64,000 nucleotides of DNA from a candidate division FCPU426 bacterium (GCA_040756875.1 JBFLYH010000001.1:1244878-1308877); one strand, 5' to 3'. Counted from the stretch's first letter, positions 20,143 through 29,879 are shown. Notes: generated by a model not told the origin, from the sequence alone. A program made the numbers and translations.

Positions 20143-20394
20143 GCCTCCCACCTCCCAAGCGAAATGGAGCCCCCGGCGACCATCGGAAGTCCCTTTAGGG
20201 ACCGAAAGGCCCGGGGAACTTCTGCTGACCTTGACACACACTCATTTGGCAGGGCAACATCCCCGGAGCAGGATTATCCGCATTCCTCCCCGCACCTGCC
20301 TGAGGTCTCAGGCGGAGGGGATCAACCCTGGTTTTGGGTTTTTACATGACGGTTTTGCGCTTTCTAAATCCGCCGGACGGTCACGGTTCAGCGG

Positions 20395-20754
20395 TTACTT
20401 CGGCCCCCACAGCAGGGCGACAGCGGTTCCCACGGTCAGCAGGGTGGCGATTTGATGTATGGTTCGGAAGGCGGCGAACGCGGGTTTGCCGGAACTCAAG
20501 AAAGCGCCGGTGGCGAATTGGATCGCCACCAGCAGCCCGGCCAGGATAAGCAGAAGCAGGGTCAGCAGGTTCTTTTCCCCGACCCGGAGCCACTGCGCCG
20601 CGGCCATGACCGCGAGAACAGCCATGCCCAGGGCCAGCAATTTATGCAGGGTGATGATCAGAGTGGACAGCGGCCTGCCCGAATGGGAAAGCCAGATGCC
20701 TGAAAGGATGGTGAGCAGGCAAAGTCCCAGTGCTCCGGCGATCTTCCAGGCCAT
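20395..20754 (-). CDS. Four-TM membrane protein
   Basis: SGIWLSHSGRPL...HKLLALG...ATGA...HQIAT; conserved-looking His residues in TMs. Confidence 0.7.
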   Translation of the reverse strand: MAWKIAGALGLCLLTILSGIWLSHSGRPLSTLIITLHKLLALGMAVLAVMAAAQWLRVGEKNLLTLLLLILAGLLVAIQFATGAFLSSGKPAFAAFRTIHQIATLLTVGTAVALLWGPK

Positions 20755-20832
20755 CGGTCCCCCCGGTCGGTTGGTCGCCCTTATTGTGGACAATCGGGAA
20801 TAGTCTGTCAACCCGCAAAGGCGGCCGCCGGC

Positions 20833-21309
20833 TTATTTCCTCGGCCAGGGCAGGAGTTCGCTGGTCCGCGCCCGGTAGGCCAGGTATTCGGGCCCGAAAG
20901 CCTCTTCCAGCTTCCTATCCTCGCGGCGGATCAGAAATTTGAACGCTATGAACACGACGAGTACATTGGCCAAAATCAGCCAGGAATGAAGCATCAACCC
21001 CATTCCCGGCAGGATAATCAATATCCACGCTGCGTACATAGGATGCCGGCAGAGGCGGAAGAGCCCGGTTGTGAGCAGGCGTTCCTTAAACCACCCGATA
21101 ATCAGCGCTGCCTGGGCAGCGAGAAAAACCAGGAATCCGGCGGCAAACAGTAACAGCCCGGCGTTCTCATCCACCTTGCGGCTGACAAAAACCATGTTGT
21201 AAAACCGCAAATGATCCAGCGTAATGATGGCGGCCTGCGAGAAATAAAGCGCGCCGATCAACGCCAGCCAGGGCCCGATGCCGAATAAAGTGATTTTCCT
21301 TTTCGCCAC
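20833..21309 (-). CDS. PEMT/ICMT family membrane methyltransferase
   Basis: LLTTGLFRLCRHPMY...REDRKLEEAFGPEYLAYRART; start (GTG 21309) uncertain. Confidence 0.88.
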   Translation of the reverse strand: MAKRKITLFGIGPWLALIGALYFSQAAIITLDHLRFYNMVFVSRKVDENAGLLLFAAGFLVFLAAQAALIIGWFKERLLTTGLFRLCRHPMYAAWILIILPGMGLMLHSWLILANVLVVFIAFKFLIRREDRKLEEAFGPEYLAYRARTSELLPWPRK

Positions 21310-21400
21310 CCTTCGCCCTCCCGGATTCGTCCCCATCAACTCTGTGCCTCCGGCTTTTGCTTGCCGGAAAGCATTATACACCAGCCACCTACTTAGCCGT

Positions 21401-21925
21401 TCACCGTTCGGCCACGGCTTTCAGATTGGCCAGCCCGGTCTCGAAATCCTTTCCCACCATCTTGTCCATGCTGAAAAACAGCCCCATTACCTTGGCGAAA
21501 TACGGGCTGGGGCCGGTCATCGCCCAGGTGACCTGGGTCGCGCCGCCTTGGGCGTTCAGGGTGAATTCCGCCAGATGGTGAGCCACCATGGGCTGGTCGA
21601 AATCCAGCTTAATGAGGACTTTTTCGCGGGGTACAACTTCAAGAATTTCCATGCGCCCGGCCCCCACTTTTTTTCCTGACCAGGTATACACTGCGCCCAC
21701 GCCTTCCTTCGCCCCTGCATAGGTGCGCTCCATGGCCGGCTCCATCTTTTCGTACGGGGACCAGGCCTGCCATTGGTGGAAATTGGAAATCAGGGGGATG
21801 ATCCGGTCCGGCGCCGCCTGGATGCCGATGCTGCGCTGCACGCGAAAACTGCCGGGACGGGTGGCTGCGTATGTCAGCAACCCCGCAACCAACGCTAAAA
21901 CGACCAACACAATGATCTTTATCAT
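21401..21925 (-). CDS. SRPBCC (polyketide cyclase/dehydrase) family protein
   Basis: FRVQRSIGI, WQAWSPYEK, GVGAVYTWSG, MDKMVGKDFETGLANLK. Confidence 0.92.
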   Translation of the reverse strand: MIKIIVLVVLALVAGLLTYAATRPGSFRVQRSIGIQAAPDRIIPLISNFHQWQAWSPYEKMEPAMERTYAGAKEGVGAVYTWSGKKVGAGRMEILEVVPREKVLIKLDFDQPMVAHHLAEFTLNAQGGATQVTWAMTGPSPYFAKVMGLFFSMDKMVGKDFETGLANLKAVAER

Positions 21926-22207
21926 GACTCCCTCCTCTGACCGCCGATAGCGATTTCCTTCTGCGGTCTGGTAATCATTAGACCCTGATTCATTGCCTCC
22001 GCCCCAGTGCAGCCCGGGGTTTCTATGATTTCAAGGGGATTGTTTTCCTAAAAGGCAGCCCAAAGAGCATTGCTGGAACGAACCAGGAACCCAGGCCAAG
22101 CGCCGGCCCGGCAGTTTTCGCGATATCTGGGGATCAGAAGGAGGTAGCGTGCATTCATTTCTTCAAACCCGGGCTTATGCAACCCTTCCGCATGCCAAGG
22201 GCAACCA

Positions 22208-22660
22208 TCATCCGCCGGGTTCCCACACCAGCAGTTCTTCCACGAGGGTTACCGACGTTTTTATCAAATCCACGCAGATTTTCCGGAACAGGTCCTGGTC
22301 CGCGGCTTTTTTATATTCCTCCGGGTTGCCTAGATCCAGGCCCATGAGTTCCGTGCAGTTGATGGAATTGTGCTTGGCCTTGAACCGGCGGTTGAATTCC
22401 CGGACCAGGCGGTAGGTTTTCTCCCTGGCCGGCATATCCTCCGCAGTCGCCCGGCCGTGCTTCAGGCCCAGGACCAGGTAGGCGCCGGTCACCGCGCCGC
22501 AGGTCTGGCCGGTCCGTCCGCATCCCGCCCCAAACCCGGTCGCGAGTTTGAGCGCCAATTCCTCCTTCAAGCCAAAATCCTCCGCAAACGCCGACAGCAC
22601 GGCCTGCGTGCAGGAGAAACCGGACTTGAATTTTTCCAGGGCAAATTGGATTTTTGACAC
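22208..22660 (-). CDS. C-GCAxxG-C-C family putative redox protein
   Basis: FSCTQAVL, GFGAGCGRTGQTCGAVTG, SINCTEL, terminal Cys. Confidence 0.9.
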   Translation of the reverse strand: MSKIQFALEKFKSGFSCTQAVLSAFAEDFGLKEELALKLATGFGAGCGRTGQTCGAVTGAYLVLGLKHGRATAEDMPAREKTYRLVREFNRRFKAKHNSINCTELMGLDLGNPEEYKKAADQDLFRKICVDLIKTSVTLVEELLVWEPGG

Positions 22661-22714
22661 AGATGTTTCCTCGCGCTCAAAGGCAGGAAGATTATTTCCA
22701 GGCCGCTTGTCAGC

Positions 22715-23443
22715 CTAGAAACTGACCGTGATCTCCTGGATCTGGTCCAGGGCGGTATCTAGGCTGGACACATCTGGATAGATGTCCGGCTGGTCTTTGA
22801 TGCGTCCGCCGTGCCCCGCCAGGGACATCTTGCAGGCAGACCCCGGCTGCATTTGGCTGATGTCGGCCCGGTAGATCAGGGAAGGCTGGCCGGCCCAATC
22901 GTTGTTTTGGTCGGTGTAGGTTGCGTTGGTGTCGCCGGATTGATTGACTTCCAGATACAGGAACGCCGGTTTGTCCGGCGGCAGGTTGGTTTTCAGCGTG
23001 AAGCTGGACATGGGCGTGGCCGAGGTGACGGCATCCGTGTAGGGATTTTCCTTGCTGGGCAAAGTCCCGTTGACGGTTTTTAACCGCGCGGCCCAAACCG
23101 GGAAACACTCGGCCCAAAAGGCGGCGCCTTTTTCGCTTTTCCCGCCGTGCCGAAAAGTCTTGTAATCAGCCCCGGTGATGTAAAGGGTGCCGAGAAACCG
23201 CCCCTCTTTGTCTTCCGCCCAAATCACGATCTGGGGCAGAACGTTGAACACCACCGGCCCGGCCTGCATGCGCTTGCTCCAGTGCCCGCCTTTGGCAATG
23301 TCCACGCTGATTGGCAGGCCTTCCGCGATCTGTTTGAGCTGGATGGTCTCATGGGCTTCGTTCAGTTTGTTCATGACGCATCCGCCGGAGAGCAGACCCG
23401 AAACGAGGATGGTTGAAAATAGTTTCACGCCTTTTATTTTCAT
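22715..23443 (-). CDS. Lipoprotein, DUF2271-like
   Basis: Lipobox LSGGC; PQIVIWAED..G.FLGTLYIT, DAVTSATP, LEVNQSGD, GQPSLIY. Confidence 0.7.
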   Translation of the reverse strand: MKIKGVKLFSTILVSGLLSGGCVMNKLNEAHETIQLKQIAEGLPISVDIAKGGHWSKRMQAGPVVFNVLPQIVIWAEDKEGRFLGTLYITGADYKTFRHGGKSEKGAAFWAECFPVWAARLKTVNGTLPSKENPYTDAVTSATPMSSFTLKTNLPPDKPAFLYLEVNQSGDTNATYTDQNNDWAGQPSLIYRADISQMQPGSACKMSLAGHGGRIKDQPDIYPDVSSLDTALDQIQEITVSF

Positions 23444-23904
23444 GATTTGCTCCTTCTCAGATCCGCCACCGCGGCTTCGGCGTTGGCTTTGCGGGCCGCG
23501 GCCGCCACTTCCTTGCTGACGATGGTCTGGCCGATGGGCGCGAGCGCCAGGCCGGCCAGTTTCAGATGCGGAAAGCCAAAGGGAATCCCGATGAGCGAAG
23601 TGAAGTTGACGACCGCGGCCATGACATGGCCCAGCGCCAGCCACAGGCCGGCGAAAACAAACCAGATGACATTGCCGGCCACGCCCCAGGGGCCTGTGCC
23701 GATGTCTTCCTGGTTATGCAGTTCCTTGCGGCTGATGGCTTCCTGGCCAAAGGGGAAAAAAGTGAATTGGCCGATTACAAAGCAGGCTTTGCCCCAGGGT
23801 ATGCCCACAATCGTCAGGTAGGCAATCGCGCCGGCGAGCCACCACGCCAGGCCCATCACCGCCCCGCCCAGGATAAACCAGAGAAAATTCCCGATTACGC
23901 GCAT
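23440..23904 (-). CDS. yccF: YccF-domain inner membrane protein
   Basis: Duplicated GNFLWFILGG...TIVGIPWG / GNVIWFVFAG...LIGIPFG...ALAPIG. Confidence 0.92.
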   Translation of the reverse strand: MRVIGNFLWFILGGAVMGLAWWLAGAIAYLTIVGIPWGKACFVIGQFTFFPFGQEAISRKELHNQEDIGTGPWGVAGNVIWFVFAGLWLALGHVMAAVVNFTSLIGIPFGFPHLKLAGLALAPIGQTIVSKEVAAAARKANAEAAVADLRRSKS

Positions 23905-23969
23905 GAAGCAGGTCCTTTCGAAAGAAATGGAGATGTGATTGCGATCAGATATTTATACCATATTCCGGA

Positions 23970-25250
23970 TCATTTCAACGGCTTTCGTTCGTCCCTTTCC
24001 CGCAGTACTCTTTCAACGGCAGCTAACAATAGATCTAGGTCAAAGGGTTTATCTATCACCATACTGAATGGACCGGCTTTCCCACCTTCAACTCCTCCTT
24101 TAACGGTGGCAGCGATCACTTCAACATCATTCCGGGTCCATCTCGTTCGAATAATCCGCATCAATTCATATCCGTTCAATTGCCGCAACATAACATTACA
24201 CAGAAACAATAAATCCGGCAATTGTTTCTCCATTTCCGCCAACGCCTTTTCGGATGTATGGTATTCGAGTATTTTATATCCTTTAGCTTCCAGAATGATT
24301 TTTACCAATTCGGCAATTTCCGCATTCTCCCAAACGAGGCCTATGGTGTACCGCGAAGGATCAAAAACAGCTCCCGAAGTGGATTTTCCAATTACCAGAG
24401 GTGCAAGATGACTCAACTTTCCTTTTCTTGCTTTTTCAATTGCCATTTTATCGATTAGACTTCTCGTCATGCTTTTCAACTCTTCTACATCGAAAGGTTT
24501 GATTAAAATATCATCGGTTAGGGAATACCAGAATGGTATTTCATCTTTTTTTATCCAGCCTTTGTTTAGAAACAACAGTTTTTTCATTGTTTTATTCGGC
24601 CATTGTTTTTTAACTTCCCCCAGGAAATCAATGGCGCTTGTTTTAAATAAAAACATATTCATAACGAATAGGAGATCAGGGAGCCGCGTCTTCATTTTCG
24701 GAAGTGCCCTGTCTGGATCCCCATAATTCAATACCTCAACATTCATCTCCTCCAAAACAAATGTTACTAAGTCAGCTATTGCAGGTTGGCTGTGGACTAA
24801 CCCCACAGAACAAGCCGGCTTAATCTTTTTGGCCGTTTCTTTTGTTACCACCCATTTTTTAATAATATCCATAACTGTGGCAACAGTTTTTCGCACATCC
24901 CCGGAAGACTTAACAACAAGGTATTTAGAATCGTCCGGTCTGGTTGTTCGAGTCTCACTCACCAAAACAACAGGCGCAGGATTGTTTATGCATTCTCGTA
25001 AAATGGAGGCTAAAAAGTAACCCGCGCTCTCTCCCTGGCCAGTCTCTTTCTGCATATGAGCCGGACAGCGGCTAACATCCATCCGCTTATCCATGATCAG
25101 GCCATCAAGATCTTGGTATACAACAATGGCATTGAATGCTGCTTCCGCATCCATGGTCCGGATAATTTGGGTTCGATGTCTGCCGGACTTAAGTAAGGCG
25201 GCTATTTTTTGGACCGATGGGCTGTTCCCAGCCAAAAGGATCTTTATCAT
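23970..25250 (-). CDS. Protein with three receiver(-like) domains
   Basis: GLIMD; PDLLFVMN...ILIKPFDVEEL; PDLLFLCN...NGYELM...IDKPFDLDLL. Confidence 0.75.
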   Translation of the reverse strand: MIKILLAGNSPSVQKIAALLKSGRHRTQIIRTMDAEAAFNAIVVYQDLDGLIMDKRMDVSRCPAHMQKETGQGESAGYFLASILRECINNPAPVVLVSETRTTRPDDSKYLVVKSSGDVRKTVATVMDIIKKWVVTKETAKKIKPACSVGLVHSQPAIADLVTFVLEEMNVEVLNYGDPDRALPKMKTRLPDLLFVMNMFLFKTSAIDFLGEVKKQWPNKTMKKLLFLNKGWIKKDEIPFWYSLTDDILIKPFDVEELKSMTRSLIDKMAIEKARKGKLSHLAPLVIGKSTSGAVFDPSRYTIGLVWENAEIAELVKIILEAKGYKILEYHTSEKALAEMEKQLPDLLFLCNVMLRQLNGYELMRIIRTRWTRNDVEVIAATVKGGVEGGKAGPFSMVIDKPFDLDLLLAAVERVLRERDERKPLK

Positions 25251-25422
25251 TGTAATTCACCCCCAGACAACAGGTCTGAAAGGTCAGGATAATGTATATC
25301 AAGTTCTTTTAAATTAGACGTCGTCCATGATATTTTCATTACCATTTTCCCGCTCTTTTTCTATAATCACCAAGGGAAATATTGATACTTCATTTTCCAT
25401 TTCATCCTCACAAGGAGCCCTT

Positions 25423-25974
25423 ATGCCGCAGTATAAAAGCGTCCCGCTTGATTCCGCCTACCGGCTGATCAATCACGGGCCGGTCCTTTTAATTTCCAGC
25501 CGCTCCCGCCGGGGCAGGTTCGATCTGGCGCCCATTGCCTGGGCCTGTCCGGTGGGCATGGAGCCCTGCCAGGTCCTGCTCGCCATGAGTCCCGGGCATC
25601 AGACCTTCCGGAACATCCAGGCTGAACGCGGGTTCATTGTCTGCGTGCCCGGAAAAGCGCAGGTCAAATGGGTCAGGGAGGCCGGCTCCATTTCCGGCAC
25701 TCAAGCGGACAAGTTCGCCAAATTCAAGATCCCGTCTTTTCCAGGCAAAAAAGTCCGCGCTCAAATCCCGCAGGGCACTGTGGCTTATCTGGAATGCAAC
25801 TGGCAGCGCACGATCCGGCTGAAGGAAGTCGCCCTGGTTATCGGCCGCTGCGTGCATGCCGCTGCCCTGGCTCAGGCGTATCAAGGGCGCCTGCGGGCCG
25901 AAAAGCCGGAGGGCAAAACCCTCCACCACCTGGGCGGTAACGTGTTCATGGTGCCAGGCGACAAGCTGGCGTAA
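25423..25974 (+). CDS. Flavin reductase family protein
   Basis: AYRLINHGPVLLISS, GSISG..ADKF, LEC, TLHHLGG; RBS AAGGAG. Confidence 0.9.
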   Translation: MPQYKSVPLDSAYRLINHGPVLLISSRSRRGRFDLAPIAWACPVGMEPCQVLLAMSPGHQTFRNIQAERGFIVCVPGKAQVKWVREAGSISGTQADKFAKFKIPSFPGKKVRAQIPQGTVAYLECNWQRTIRLKEVALVIGRCVHAAALAQAYQGRLRAEKPEGKTLHHLGGNVFMVPGDKLA

Positions 25975-25994
25975 AGCCGGCCCGCTCAGCCTTT

Positions 25995-26789
25995 TCAGCT
26001 TTCAACCATTTTCGACTTGTGCCTTTTTTCCACCATTCGCTTAGCCATGGACTCCGCCAGATTGCCGGCCAGTTTCTTCAGGGGACCCAGGCGGGTGGGA
26101 TAATAATAATCGGACGTAAACCAGCCCTTTTCCGCATAATAGGCATAGTCGCGGTCCTGCGCGGTAAGCTCCAGCTTGACGCTTTGCCGGCCCATCCTGA
26201 AGATCATCACCTGCATGAGATCAGGCACCGGATGGCCGGCTTTCATCAATCTGGCGTAAAACCGCCGGCTCTGCTTCTCCACAGCCTGATCGGCCTTTTG
26301 TTTCTCAAGCACGGTCATCGGTTCGAGAGCCGTGATGCAGGTTCCCTTCACCGTGTTGAACCCCAGCCCCTGGCCGACGAAATCAAGGTAGCTCAGCAGC
26401 TTGTTTCCGCCGTAAATGCCCTGGACCACGATGCTTGTGTAAGCCTTGCCGAAGGCATTCGGACGGTGGAATACGAATCCGAGCCGGTCCAGGAACACCT
26501 TCATCAGGCCGGAAACCTGAAACGAGTAGTTCGGGGTGGCGAAAACGACTCCATCCGAGGCTTTGATCTTTGCAAAGAGCGCGTCCCGGTCGTCTTTCAG
26601 GGGGCAGAACTCCTCCCCTTTTAGAAAGCACACCTTGCAGCCGCGGCAGACACCGAGGTTGTACTCGTTCAAGGGCACGAGCTCGGTCTCAACCCCGCCC
26701 AGAGCCTGAAGGCTGTCCAGGAATTTCCGCGTGGAATGGTAGGTGCCCTTCTTGCGCGCGCAACCGACAAACGCCGTGACCTTCTTCAT
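25995..26789 (-). CDS. Flavodoxin / NADPH-dependent FMN reductase family Fe-S flavoprotein
   Basis: CRGCKVCF...CPLKDD, DGVVFATPNYSFQVSGLMKVFLDRL. Confidence 0.9.
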   Translation of the reverse strand: MKKVTAFVGCARKKGTYHSTRKFLDSLQALGGVETELVPLNEYNLGVCRGCKVCFLKGEEFCPLKDDRDALFAKIKASDGVVFATPNYSFQVSGLMKVFLDRLGFVFHRPNAFGKAYTSIVVQGIYGGNKLLSYLDFVGQGLGFNTVKGTCITALEPMTVLEKQKADQAVEKQSRRFYARLMKAGHPVPDLMQVMIFRMGRQSVKLELTAQDRDYAYYAEKGWFTSDYYYPTRLGPLKKLAGNLAESMAKRMVEKRHKSKMVES

Positions 26790-26843
26790 GGGCTCACCTC
26801 TGTGAACGCCGCCCAGCTTCTGCGGCGATTTTTTCCCTTCCCG

Positions 26844-26951
26844 TCAATTTACCGTGATGAGCACCTGGTTGTCTTTGGGAACGGGCTGTTCCACCTCTTT
26901 CAGTTGCAGCACCTCAGGCGGTCCGTACTTTTCGGCAATCATGGCTTTCAT
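26844..26951 (-). pseudogene. Remnant of a zinc-binding alcohol dehydrogenase / quinone oxidoreductase gene
   Basis: Manual translation [35 protein letters not shown] matches the MDR-family N-terminus but is only 35 aa. Confidence 0.75.
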
Positions 26952-27124
26952 GCGTGCACCCCCATCCGTTTTTTGGACCTCAAGCCGACTATAACGCCAT
27001 CTCCCGGACGAGGCAACGCTAAACGGGCCTAGGCCTAAAAATAGTTGGAGGGGGGGATCATGAGCATGATTGTGGATAGTATGTTATGAAGCAGGAAACG
27101 AATTGCAGTAATTTATTAGGGCAT

Positions 27125-27697
27125 TCAAAATTCAATACCCTGTCTCCGCCTGATCCGCGCAGTATAAAGCTTTTCCGTGAACCCGCCCTGGCTGACAAAA
27201 CGTTCCTCCAAAGCGCGCAACTGTTGCCCCAGTAGGTAGCTGGCCTGGTTGATCAGGCAGATCAAAGTGTTGGCCGCTTGCTCGGCATTAGCTGTTTTCA
27301 AGCAGTACGGGTCCGACCTGTCCGACAGGTCAGACTGTTCTGACCGATATTTTTTCCTGATCGCCAGCGCCTCGGCCGAGTTCTTTTCCCACTGCCGCAA
27401 GCCGCGCTGACGCAGAAAATCCTCGTAATCCAGCAGGAGCTCTTCCAGGCTGGCGCGGGCAACGCCGGTCAGCTTGAGTTCGGTTTTTCTCGAGGTGGCG
27501 GAGGCCATGCTTCCTTCCGCAATGTTCTGCACCCCGCTGCGCGCCGCTTGGACCATTTGGTCGACTGTGCGGGATCGCCGATCCAGGAAACGGTTGCAAA
27601 ACACCACGGTGGAGTCGTAAACCAGTTGCGCGGCTCGGAAGCTGCGGAGCTTGCGGTAACCGCCATGCGGCGGGATAAGGGAGTGCGGGTCAGACAT
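27125..27697 (-). CDS. Four-helix-bundle (23S rRNA IVS-type) suffix-domain protein
   Basis: HGGYRKLRSF, RTVDQMVQAARSGVQNIAEGS, VARASLEELLLDYEDFL, GGFTEKLY; SEQSDLSDRSD tripeptide tract. Confidence 0.9.
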   Translation of the reverse strand: MSDPHSLIPPHGGYRKLRSFRAAQLVYDSTVVFCNRFLDRRSRTVDQMVQAARSGVQNIAEGSMASATSRKTELKLTGVARASLEELLLDYEDFLRQRGLRQWEKNSAEALAIRKKYRSEQSDLSDRSDPYCLKTANAEQAANTLICLINQASYLLGQQLRALEERFVSQGGFTEKLYTARIRRRQGIEF

Positions 27698-27869
27698 GGT
27701 TCGGCCTCCAGCAGGATTACTGGAGGATTAGACCGGGCGGGGGTTAAAAAGCATTCGATTTTTTAAACAGGAGGCTTGAAATCGTCGTGCCTGGTGCCGA
27801 ATCCCCCGGTCGCTTGATTTTCCTAATGGACTTAAACTACCAGACTAACTCCGGCACCATTCAAGAGGT

Positions 27870-28361
27870 TCAAGCGATCTTGTTTTCCAGGTGGGTAACG
27901 CGTTTTTCCAGCTTGGCCAGGTCTTTGCCATCGGCTTTGTGGCTCAAAGCGCGCATGATTTCTTTATGGCCATCTTGCAGGCGGGTTACTTTCCGGGTGA
28001 GCACACCTTGGCCCGCCTCTAAACGAGTGACCTTTACATGAAGCTCATCTTGTCCTTCCTGCAATTTAGAAACCCGCCCTTCCAGGTTTGAAACCTGCCC
28101 CTCCACCTTTGTAACCTTCTCCTCCAGGTTCGAAACCCCCTTCTCCAAGTTCGAAACCCCCTTCTCCAAGTTCGAAACCCGCCCGTTGAGCACGGTTTGG
28201 CCTTCATGCAGAACGCCGACTTCATGCTTCAGGTCGTGGATGTCAGCCTCGACCCTGTCAAACCGGTGATTCACGACCTCAACCACGCGCTTGATATCTG
28301 ACCTAACGTCTTCTATTGCGGTCTTAAATTCACCCAATGAAATCATCCCCTCTTCGGTCAT
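27870..28361 (-). CDS. Heptad-repeat coiled-coil protein
   Basis: (VSNLEKG)-type heptads; RBS AAGGAGG before ATG 28361. Confidence 0.75.
   Translation of the reverse strand: MTEEGMISLGEFKTAIEDVRSDIKRVVEVVNHRFDRVEADIHDLKHEVGVLHEGQTVLNGRVSNLEKGVSNLEKGVSNLEEKVTKVEGQVSNLEGRVSKLQEGQDELHVKVTRLEAGQGVLTRKVTRLQDGHKEIMRALSHKADGKDLAKLEKRVTHLENKIA
28060..28190. repeat. 21-bp tandem repeats encoding heptads
   Basis: TTCGAAACCCCCTTCTCCAAG twice, plus degenerate units. Confidence 0.85.
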
Positions 28362-28471
28362 TATTGCCTCCTTATTGTGGGCAAACCAGGTTGCTCTGTC
28401 AACGAACAATTCTCGAAACATTAGACCCACGGAGGCAGTTTTCCATGCGTTCTAAAATAATGTTCCCTATA

Positions 28472-28708
28472 TCATGGCTTGCACACCTTGCACGGCCTGT
28501 AACCATTTTCCCGGGCTTGGGCTTTAGTTTTAAAGACGATTAGGTTCTTCTTTTTAATCTTTTTGGCCCAGCGGCAAGTGGAATAGTGGTATTTGTCCGA
28601 GCGGATGCTGCCGTAATAGGCGGCTAAGGAAGGGAGAGGAGTGAATAGCGTGAACAGCAGGAGTCCAACTGATAAAACAGCCAGTGCCTTTTTCCGCATC
28701 CCCATCAC
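28472..28708 (-). CDS. Secreted Ada-type metal-binding domain protein (copy 1)
   Basis: Signal peptide then YYGSIRSDKYHYSTC...GYRPCKVCKP. Confidence 0.8.
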   Translation of the reverse strand: MMGMRKKALAVLSVGLLLFTLFTPLPSLAAYYGSIRSDKYHYSTCRWAKKIKKKNLIVFKTKAQARENGYRPCKVCKP

Positions 28709-28779
28709 CTACTTCCGGGTATGGTCGAGTGGGAGAGGGAAAGGAGAAAGTCATTTTGACATCCAAACAACGTCCCCAC

Positions 28780-28833
28780 TCAATCAAGTGCGGTCTTAAA
28801 TTCGCTCAATGAAATCATCCCCTCTTCGGTCAT
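28780..28833 (-). pseudogene. Truncated 17-aa copy of the coiled-coil gene start
   Basis: MTEEGMISLSEFKTALD* versus intact MTEEGMISLGEFKTAIED; RBS retained. Confidence 0.7.
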
Positions 28834-28943
28834 CAAAGCCTCCTCATTGTGGGCGAACCGGGTTGCTCTGTCAACGAACAATTCTCGAAACATTAGACCC
28901 ACGGAGGCAGTTTTCCATGCGTTCTAAAATAATGTTCCCTATA

Positions 28944-29180
28944 TCATGGCTTGCACACCTTGCACGGCCTGTAACCATTTTCCCGGGCTTGGGCTTTAGT
29001 TTTAAAGACGATTAGGTTCTTCTTTTTAATCTTTTTGGCCCAGCGGCAAGTGGAATAGTGGTATTTGTCCGAGCGGATGCTGCCGTAATAGGCGGCTAAG
29101 GAAGGGAGAGGAGTGAATAGCGTGAACAGCAGGAGTCCAACTGATAAAACAGCCAGTGCCTTTTTCCGCATCCCCATCAC
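28944..29180 (-). CDS. Secreted Ada-type metal-binding domain protein (copy 2, identical)
   Basis: Protein identical to 28472-28708. Confidence 0.8.
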   Translation of the reverse strand: MMGMRKKALAVLSVGLLLFTLFTPLPSLAAYYGSIRSDKYHYSTCRWAKKIKKKNLIVFKTKAQARENGYRPCKVCKP

Positions 29181-29282
29181 CTACTTCCGGGTATGGTCGA
29201 GTGGGAGAGGGAAAGGAGAAAGTCATTTTGACATCCAAACAACGTCCCCAATCACAATGTCCCAGTTCATATTTATATAAGC

Positions 29283-29804
29283 CTAAGCGGCTTTGAGTTT
29301 CTTAGCCAGTCCTTGAGCCCAGTCCTTGATCGCCTTCCAATCCCGCGCGTCGCTGGCAGGCGTTTTATACAATGGGCTGACCGGCAGTTTGCCCAGCAGT
29401 GAATCCGGGAAACGCAGCGTAGCTGGATCGTACTTGCCGCCGAACATGACGGTTGATAGCGGCTTTAACCCAGGGAAAGCTTCCAGCGCCTTCTGCATCT
29501 GGGCTAATACACCCGGTTTGGCCAAGTCCTCACTTTTAACCGGCCCTAACGTGAAAATCGCCAAGGGTTTGGAGGCAAGGGCCGCGCCCTGCCGCTCCAG
29601 AAACCGCCCGGCGTCTTTTTGAAGCTTGCCGATGTACAATGGTGCGCCAAGAACCACCGCACTGAATCCATCGAGCTTCTTCACCTTCGCGGCAGACTCA
29701 ACCGAAACCTGCAAACCGTTTTCACGCAGCACGCTGGCCACGGATTCAGCGACCTCCCGGGTTGAACCATAACGAGTGGCATAGGTTACGAGTACATTCG
29801 CCAT
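29283..29804 (-). CDS. Flavodoxin-domain (HemG-like) protein
   Basis: VLVTYATRYGSTREVAE, AVVLGAPLYIG, DARDWKAIKDWA. Confidence 0.88.
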   Translation of the reverse strand: MANVLVTYATRYGSTREVAESVASVLRENGLQVSVESAAKVKKLDGFSAVVLGAPLYIGKLQKDAGRFLERQGAALASKPLAIFTLGPVKSEDLAKPGVLAQMQKALEAFPGLKPLSTVMFGGKYDPATLRFPDSLLGKLPVSPLYKTPASDARDWKAIKDWAQGLAKKLKAA

Positions 29805-29879
29805 AGCGGACACCTTCCTTTGTTTTGGATTATTGGAGATATTGTAGTGGCCTGCACCAATCCTCGGAATTCAGACATC

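Larger units (their letters stand above)
28317..29250. repeat. Tandem duplication, 472-bp period (copies 28317-28778 and 28789-29250)
   Basis: Copies look identical except about 8 substitutions in the first ~55 bp. Confidence 0.95.
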
